From the human T2T-CHM13v2.0 reference genome, Homo sapiens, in NCBI RefSeq assembly GCF_009914755.1, contig NC_060932.1: a stretch of DNA of 64,000 bases; one strand, 5' to 3'. Under the pieces are notes generated by a model. The model was given only the letters and a program-made list of their open reading frames with translations. It ran no database searches and was not told the DNA's origin. The position numbers were made by a program, and so were the translations under genes. This document shows positions 56,322 through 64,000 of the stretch, in pieces (position 1 is the first letter of the stretch; each line of letters opens with the position of its first letter).

Positions 56322-56688
56322 TGTCTTAGTCCATTCAAGCTGCTAGGACAAAATACTATAGACTGGTGACTTATAAATAACAAACAGTTATTGCTGAGTT
56401 CTGCAGTCTGGGTAGTCTAAGATCAAGGTTCTAGTAGACCCAGAGTCTGGTGAGGTCTTACTTTCTTGTTCATAGATGGTTCTATGTCTTCTCACTGTAT
56501 CCTCACATGGTAGAAGGGGTGAGAGAGCTTACTGAGGTCTCTTTTATAAGGGCATTAATCTCATTCATGAGGGCTACATTCTCATAACCTAATCACCTCG
56601 CCAGAGCCCCACCTCCTAATACCGTCACAGTAATGATTAAGTTTCAACATATGAATTTTGTGGGGACACAAACATTCCATCTATAGTA
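56322..56688 (-). mobile_element. MaLR solo LTR (MSTC/MLT1A group)
   Basis: TGTCTTAGTCCATTCAAGCTGCT...GTTTCAACATATGAATTTTGTGGGGACACAAACATTC; TSD CCTCC/CCTTC. Confidence 0.88.
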
Positions 56689-57169
56689 CCTTCACATGCA
56701 AACTATTTCCAAAATAAGACTTTCTGTGTGTGCATGGGGACTTACCACAGTTCATAAGAAGCAGTATGAGCTGTTGGGCATAAACAGAGCTTTCTTTAGA
56801 ATCTTCTTAGCTTCCAACTTGCACCATAGCACAGGCTGGAAGCCTGACACCAAGACTGTCTTGGCCAACACAACATTAATCCATGAGAGACAACCAGAGG
56901 GACCAGACAAATCCTGCCACTAGAAACTTGCTGCATACCCTCCAGTGACTGCCCATTCTAAAGTCTCTCCATCATCAACATTCACATGGCTTTTCTTTCC
57001 TCTCATTCAAGGCATATTCTTGTTTGCTTTTTGGTGAATAATATTATTTATAATGCTTTTATTACTGTAAATTACTATTATTTGAAAATTTACTTTCTTT
57101 CTGTAAGCGCTTAGAAGAAGTGAAGTAGCCTGACCTCCAAAAACCCACTATACAGAGGTCAAAGTTGGA

Positions 57170-57637
57170 GTTCAGTGACTTATCAGTCAGGAGACAGAAG
57201 GCATATTCATCAGATAAGGTATTGGAGAAGAGCTTTGTAAAGGAATGAGATAGAAAGATGCAAGAAGTAGTGTGAAGCCCACTGGAACTACCAACAGGTA
57301 GTACACTAACCACCCTTAGCATGGTTGCATATACTCATCCAGAGCTGTAGAAAAGTGCCCTCCACCCCTCCACATACAGGAGCTATGCCTTTTGGTAGAG
57401 AAACAAAGACACTGATAATTCATGGCACAATAGGGAGGTAGCAAAAGAAATGAAGACCTTGACCACACTCTCCTCCTGCCCTCTCCTGCTGCTGCCCCCA
57501 TTGGTAAATTCAACCAGAAGTCAGAGAGCAAAGGAATCTAGTTGATGCAGTCTATACAGATCAGCCTCCCAGGGCACAGAGCAGGGTGGTGAGGTGGAAA
57601 CTCTAGCCAAGGGGGCAGATAAAGACCACCCAGCACA
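57170..57637 (-). mobile_element. ERVL LTR (LTR33/LTR41 group)
   Basis: CCCATTGG...CAACCAGAAGTCAGAG...GTTGATGCAGTC...TCAGCCTCCCAGGGCACAGAGCAGGGTGG...CCAGCACA. Confidence 0.75.
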
Positions 57638-57832
57638 AGTGAGTTATCCAAGTCATTTAACTTACCCCCAAAAAAATGCTTGATGTAAAACAGGCATCTC
57701 ATGAGTTCCTGCACTACTATAAAGCCCACCAGTAAAACAAATTTGTTGCCACTTTTCACTTCTTATGGATTTTCACAATAGTCCTCAGAGGCCAACAATC
57801 ACTGTTAACTGCTGTTGTCACCAACATCTTAA

Positions 57833-58176
57833 TGGAAACACACATTCCTAGTGTATATATGTTCCAACATGCTAAGTGGTCTTTTAACTACCTTTTGTCT
57901 GGAGCTACTTTTACAGGCTCTTAATTATTTCCTAATTGTTTACATTTTCCTAATGATGATGCCTTATTAACTACACATTAAAAGAAAGTTCTATTATAAA
58001 AAAATTATCAAAAAATTATCAAAAATATAACTTCTTTTTAATGTACAGTTAACAGGGCATTATCATCAAGTAAAATGTAAACAATTATAAAATAATTAAG
58101 AGCCCGTAAAAGTAGCTCTTGATAAAAGACCACTTAGCATGTTTGGACATACATACCCCAGGAATACGTGTTTCTG
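57833..58176. mobile_element. Foldback/MITE-like palindromic element, family unassigned
   Basis: Inverted arms of about 150-160 bp, roughly 84% identical by hand alignment plus one 11-bp insertion, around a short A-rich spacer. Confidence 0.8.
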
Positions 58177-58177
58177 G

Positions 58178-58615
58178 TCCACAACATGAATGAACCTGGA
58201 GAACATTATGTCAAGTGAAAGAAGTCAGGCACAGAAAGACAAATACTGCATGATTGCACTCATATGTGGAATCTGATAAAGCTGATCTCATAGAAGTAGA
58301 GACAAAAATGTACATTACCAGAGGCTGGAGGGTTGGAGAATTGGGGAAAAGATGTTGGTCAGAGGAGGAATAAGTTCAAGAGATCTATTGGATAGCATGG
58401 TAACTGTAGTTAATGATGATACATTGTATTCTTGAAAAATGCTAAGAGAGTGGATGTTAAGTGTTCTGGCCACAAAAATAACTATTGAGATAATGCACAT
58501 GCTAATTAGATAGATTTTGCCATTCTGCAATGTATATATGCCTCAAAACATCATGTTGTACATAATAAATACAGACAATTTTATCTGTCAATTTAAAATT
58601 AACTTTTTAAAAGGA
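58178..58615 (+). mobile_element. L1MA 3' end
   Basis: CAACATGAATGAACCTGGAGAACATTATG...GAGGAATAAGTTCAAGAGATCTATTG...AAACATCATGTTGTAC...TGTCAATTTAAAA. Confidence 0.92.
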
Positions 58616-58647
58616 AGTTCCATATCTTTGTAATTTCATACATAATT

Positions 58648-58797
58648 TTTTTCTGTTTTTTAAAAAATTTTATTTTAAGTTCTGGGATACATGTGCAGAA
58701 CGTGCAGGTTTGTTAAATACGTATACATGTGCCATGGTGGTTTCCTGCACCCATTAACCCATCATTTAGGTTTTAAGCCCCACATGCATTAGGTATT
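58648..58797 (-). mobile_element. 5'-truncated L1PA (L1PA8-like) 3' end
   Basis: TTTTAAGTTCTGGGATACATGTGCAGAACGTGCAGGTTTG...TAGGTTTTAAGCCCCACATGCATTAGGTATT; TSD CATACATAATT/CAGACATAATT. Confidence 0.93.
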
Positions 58798-58871
58798 CAG
58801 ACATAATTAATTTTATCATTCCTATAGATTTATTAATGGGAACTATTTTTTCTCATTGAAAAAAATATTTT

Positions 58872-59167
58872 GGCTGGGCATGGTGGCTCATCCCTGTAAT
58901 CCCAGTACTTTGAGAGGCTGAGGCTGGCAGATCACTTGAGGCCAGGAGTTCAAGACCAGCCTAGCCAACATAGTGAAACCCCATCTCTACTAAAAATATA
59001 AAAATTAGCCAGGCATGGTGACACACACCTGTAATCCCAGCTACTCAGCAGTCTGAGGCATGAGAATTGCTTAAATCCAGGAGGCAGAGGTAGCAGTGGG
59101 CCAAGACTGTGCCACTGTACTCCAGCCTGGATGACAGAGTGAGACTCTCTCAAAAAAAAAAAAAAAA
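58872..59167 (+). mobile_element. AluS (Sz-like)
   Basis: Full dimer with A tail; CACTTGAGGCCAGG. Confidence 0.94.
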
Positions 59168-59612
59168 TTATCTCCTGCTTTGTTTGTAAGATATTCTCTC
59201 TTCTACATTGATGCTTTGCTACATGATTAACTTATTCTCTCTTATTATCTCCCTTTCCCGGATAACCTATGTTAGATGTATCATAGACCATTATTTTCTA
59301 CTACAAATAGCTTTTCAGTGGCTTTACTGAGAAGATGCTTCTGCAACAAAAGCAGGGATATGTCTCCTCTTCTGCTGCATCTTCAACTTTGTTTTGGGGT
59401 AAAAATCAGGGATATACTATTGATTCTATTTGTAATGTTCAGCCTGGAATGGTCTCATGTAATGTGTATTGAGTAATCCTCATTCAAACCCAACTAGATC
59501 CGTGCTTTGGCCTATATTTCTACTTCTGAGAGACTAATATTCTTAGTATCTAAAAGTAATTCCAATTTTCTCATTGGCAATCCTTTATTCAGTAAAATAG
59601 GTAATTTGTTAC

Positions 59613-59649
59613 TATATATTATATATATATTTTATGTATAGATATCTTT

Positions 59650-59702
<53 letters not shown>
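59613..59702. repeat. (TA)n microsatellite
   Basis: Interrupted TA run, perfect from 59665 to 59702. Confidence 0.95.
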
Positions 59703-59707
<5 letters not shown>

Positions 59708-60435
59708 CTATTAAAGCTTCTTTAATTTTAGATTTAAAAGAATTTGGCCAAAAAATATTTTCTCCAGAATTGGCCCTGGAGAAATTTAAAACAACCCCTG
59801 TGACATTATAATAACTGATGCAATGGGAAAGAAGGAAAGCTTTGGCTTTGGAGCCACAGAGCCCCAGGTTTGAGACCCCACTCTTTGGCTAATACTCACT
59901 ATGAGTGAGAGTTACTCAACAAACACAACTCGGGACCATTCTAGGCTGAAAATTATAGATATTTAACCTCCCAACTTCTCTAAACTACAAATGGTATAAG
60001 AATGCCTGCTTGGTGGGAGAGGTTTATGTTTATTAAAGGGGATAACGTGGGTTCAGTGCCTGAGATGTAATACCTACTAGACATCAGGACTTTCCCTTTC
60101 GGCTTCTCCCCTGTCCTCCCACTCACACACCTGTGTTGTCCTCCATGGGCCCCTGCTCTAGGCCAGGCCCAGGAGCCTGGTTCTCCCAGGATTTTGCATT
60201 ATTTAATCTCCTGTCTGCACTTCTAGCCTTTTCTTTTTACCCCATTTGTTCCTACTGCTTTTTCATCTTCCATTTGTTTTTCCTCCCATATCTATTGGAG
60301 CTGACAAAATTGAAGACTCACCTGTCAAGTAATGTAAATGTGTGAATAAAGCAGAAATAAGATAACAATGAGTGGTAAAGACTGTGAAAAACTAGGGAAT
60401 GTTTGCTCTACCGACAAACACTCAAAACACAGTGA

Positions 60436-60438
<3 letters not shown>

Positions 60439-60476
<38 letters not shown>
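60439..60476. repeat. (CA)19 microsatellite
   Basis: Perfect CA run. Confidence 0.97.
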
Positions 60477-60478
<2 letters not shown>

Positions 60479-61295
60479 ATTTATTTACCAAGAAAAATAC
60501 ATCAGCATGTTGGATTTGGCTTATGGCCACCATTTTATGAGCTTGCCCACCAGCAAACGCACAGGTAGTCATTGTTCCCAAATCTCAGGTATCATTGTGC
60601 TGCTGACACTCAAATTTGAGTTGTAATTATGCAGTATTTTTAATAAAACTTTCTTCTGAAAGCATTCACACAATATAAGAAGGCATGGACTGCTTTGCCT
60701 ATGTACGGATGTAATAATCAGGATGTATATGCTTACTTGTCTCCACTAAAGAAGCTGTAAATACAGCCAAAACTGTTCCACGATATACATACACAAAAAC
60801 TTGAGAAATAAAGCTAAAAGTCTTTTGAGAAACAGATACATGCCAGGAAACTATGCAGAATCAGATTCCAGGTATCTCTATAGAATGCCAACATTCCTTG
60901 ATCCAAATTCTGTACTAAATGCTAGCTTGGGGTCCTGAGGTGAGTTAATCTAATTAGACTTCCTCATCTATTACAAAAGCTTCTTAAATTATTTCATCTG
61001 CTTCACCAGTAACCTCTGCACACCTAAAAGCCAAGACAAGATTTCTAATGAGTTTATATCACTCAACCAGGCTAGTGACCTGCTAAGGCAGCTATCCCAA
61101 CTCCAATCCGTGTTTTACTCTTGAACCAGGCCTCATGTCTAAGACAGAGAAGAGCAATCCTTATCAGCTTCTATGCAGTCAACCAAAGCGACAAATCTAC
61201 CAGCAGGGTAAATACACTTGTTACCTTAAACTGAACTATATGCTTATATGGATGTCTCAACATCTAGGATATGACATTTTGAAGATGTGGGGCTG

Positions 61296-61706
61296 TGTTA
61301 TAATAATAATAATAATAATATATGGACTGAAATGTGTTCACCCAAAATTTATATGTTGAAACCCTAAGCCCCAATACTTCAAAATGTGACTGTATTTGCA
61401 GATAGGATCTTTAAAGAGGTACTTAAATTAAAATGAGGTCACGAGGGTGGGCCCTAATCCAATATGACTGGAATCCTTGTAAGAGGAAATCTGGACACAG
61501 AAACACACAGTGGGAAAACCACGTGAAGACACAGGGAGGAGACCGCCATCTACAAGCTGAGGAGAGGGGCCTCTGAAGAAACCAACCCTGCCAACATTTT
61601 GATCTCAGACTTCCAGCCTCCAGAACTGTGAGAAAATAAATTTCTGTTGTTTAAGCCAACCTAGACTGTAGTACTTTATTACATAAGCCTTAGAAAAATA
61701 GTAAGA
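61296..61706 (+). mobile_element. MLT1B solo LTR with (TAA)n inside its 5' terminus
   Basis: TGTTA-(TAA)n-TATGGACTG...GGGCCCTAATCCAATATGACTGG...CAGACTTCCAGCCTCCAGAACTGTGAGAAAATAAATTTCTGTTGTTTAAGCC. Confidence 0.9.
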
Positions 61707-62624
61707 ACCATAATATATTAAGCATTCATTACATCCCTAGCACTAGGGCAACCATACAACTTTTGGAACCAGATTTTTTTCTTCCAGTTTCTTCTTCTTG
61801 GGGTTTGGCATTGAACAGAATAATTGAAAGAGATTAACAGTCTTTTAGCATGAAAAGCAATAGAGGATCATGAGATTATAATCCAGCCCATGTGATTACC
61901 ATGTGGACACCATGCCCTGAGGGTAGACCAATGTGGAAACCTCTTTTTCTTTGCCCCTCTTTCTTCCTCCAGAAAGGATTCCCTGGTGCCATCCAGCAGG
62001 AAACAGAACCAAGGGCTGCAGGCTGGCACCCTTGGGGATAGGAAGCTGAGGAGATAGATCAAGTAGCTGTAGGGAAGGTGGAAAAGAGACAGGAGGTCTA
62101 AAAAAAAAAGAGGCTGTGTGCCAAGCCAGAGGACAGCCAAGTAGGCACCATACAGTTGAGAAATAAGAACTACAAGAAGCCAGAAAAATGTCCTGTGGAG
62201 CAGGGTAGTGAGGCCCAATATCAACAAAGTCTTGCACAAATACTTTTGAAGTATGGTTACTAGAAATGGATGGCCTCTTGCTCAAGGCTCAGAGCACCAG
62301 GAATGCAGCAAAATAATGTCAGGCTCTTTAAGCAGCAACTACCATCACAAACCCCCAGCCAGACTCTTACCACATGTGCTGTGTGGAATGGAATGTGGGT
62401 CCTACACCTGTGCTGTTTGCTTTTTTTCAGACAAATGTGCAAACTGATAACAAGACCATCTGCTTCTTCATCCGTAGATATAAAAGATGCCTACACATGC
62501 AGCGAACTAATCATTTTCCTCCCTCTAACTGCTTGTCTGATTGCATAAATATGTTAGTACAATTCCATTTAATAGCTATTGCTTTAAAATTTTCTAATCC
62601 TCAGCTTTGTTTATAAATTCTTAA

Positions 62625-62694
62625 CTTCCCAAGAATGCAGAAGTATTAAGTTAATTTCTTCCCAAGAATGCAAAAGTATCAAGTTAATTTCTTC
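62625..62694 (+). repeat. 33-bp tandem duplication
   Basis: 62625-62657 and 62658-62690 differ at two bases; CTTC microhomology. Confidence 0.92.
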
Positions 62695-64000
62695 AATTAC
62701 AATATCAACAATAACAACACTGCTTTCTTAGAATTGAAATCCAAATTTCTCTTTCCATGATGTTGCTTTAAGGAATGATAGGACATATTTGAAAGTTCTG
62801 AATGCAATTAGATGAACAAGAATGAATCAGGATTTCTGACAAGGCAGTGTGACCTGCGATGCAAAGCCTTGTTGTCACCTCCCTTGCTTCACACTACCAC
62901 TCTGGTTTTTCTTGCTTGGGTCTGCCCCAATTCTACCAACAATTCCTGAGATTCTGAACCAATGTGGCTTCAGCTGCCAGCAGAGCTGATGTTTTTGACC
63001 TTCTGCTCATCTTCAACCAATGAATATTGGTTAAATAAATCCTCTTTCCTATAGTTTGATCAATAGTATAGTGGAACATTTCAAAAAAGGGATCTTAGGA
63101 AATCAAGAATAAAGAACACAAAAAATATAGACCATCAAAAAATATTTACAGAAGACACAAGTGTTACCTTAAAGTTTAAGTCTATCATAGATAGATACTG
63201 CTGGTGTGCAATATGTATTTTACCTATTTTATCCTCCACCTTGTCTACCAAGAAGTCTGAGTGCAGAAAAACATAGGGTACTGGAGTCCTATACACCATC
63301 CCAGCCAAGCTAGCTGTGGCTGAGGTTTGGTTAAATCAGGTGAAGAAATTGCATGGTTTTATATTTTTTGTCCTTTTTATTTAGTTTCCAAGCTAATATT
63401 ACTTTGAAAATATATGTAACTTTACCTTTGTTAAAATAAAGGAGAAAGGGGCCCTTGCAGGAACCCTCTAGAACCATGCTCTCTAAAATGGATCCATTTA
63501 CCTCAGGGGGTGACGTAGAAAGAAAACATTAGGACTTTTATGTTTTGTCTTACCCTTTAAAAAAAAAGTTTTTGCTTTTACTTACATTTTAAAATATATA
63601 TGATATGCAATATGGTAGAATAGGTACGTAATGTCTAAAAAAATACCTATATATTGGGGTGCCTGATCAAAAATTGCTCACTGAGGAGAACATGATAAAT
63701 AGAGTTTGGATACCACTGCCCCAAATGATTAACACTGTGGTGGCAGTTTCCATGGAAGGTTGAGATCTGGGAAAAAGCTGGTGGAGATAGACCAGAAGGT
63801 GCACACGGAGGCAGGGAGGAGTCAAAAGGCCTAATATACTGATCACTCCTTGTCTAATGTTTTCCTTATAACCACAATTCGCGCCTTCTTTTAAGTGCAC
63901 AGGCTTTGTAATCAGACAGACTCCGCCTCCTTTACTTTCTTTCTGCCTGAACTTAGGCAATATCTTCCATTATTTAAGTCTCGATTTTGTTTCTATAAAA

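Noticed and set aside
61860-62560. GC-richer block with overlapping ORFs, possibly an old LTR
   Set aside because: I could not assign it to a family or identify termini, and the ORFs show no recognisable homology.

Overview
AT-rich, CpG-depleted primate (human-like) genomic DNA, intronic or intergenic. I found no credible protein-coding exon: the ORF-track entries are short chance ORFs or come from Alu, L1, L2, CR1 or LTR repeats. The window is a mosaic of interspersed repeats: 12 Alus (AluS/AluY, one nested pair), many MIR, L2 and L3/CR1 fragments, old L1M pieces, a short L1PA 3' end, MaLR LTRs (MLT1, MST, THE1), ERV LTRs (MER57, LTR16, LTR33/41-like) and DNA transposons (MER2, MER5, MER58, hAT fossils), with unique stretches in between that may hold enhancers. 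The most notable structures are: a ~340-bp foldback palindrome of unassigned family (57.8-58.2 kb); a tailless 5S rRNA retrocopy with a 13-bp target-site duplication (TSD) inside an internally deleted MLT1 LTR (7.2 kb); a MER57 LTR whose 3' end is replaced by a 25-bp tandem array plus poly(A); a near-perfect 68-bp duplication inside an old L1; and a decayed hAT transposase remnant. Family calls come from recalled consensus sequences, not a database search, and boundaries of old repeats are approximate. I see no solid evidence for a new biological system; regulatory and splicing findings are motif-level hypotheses.
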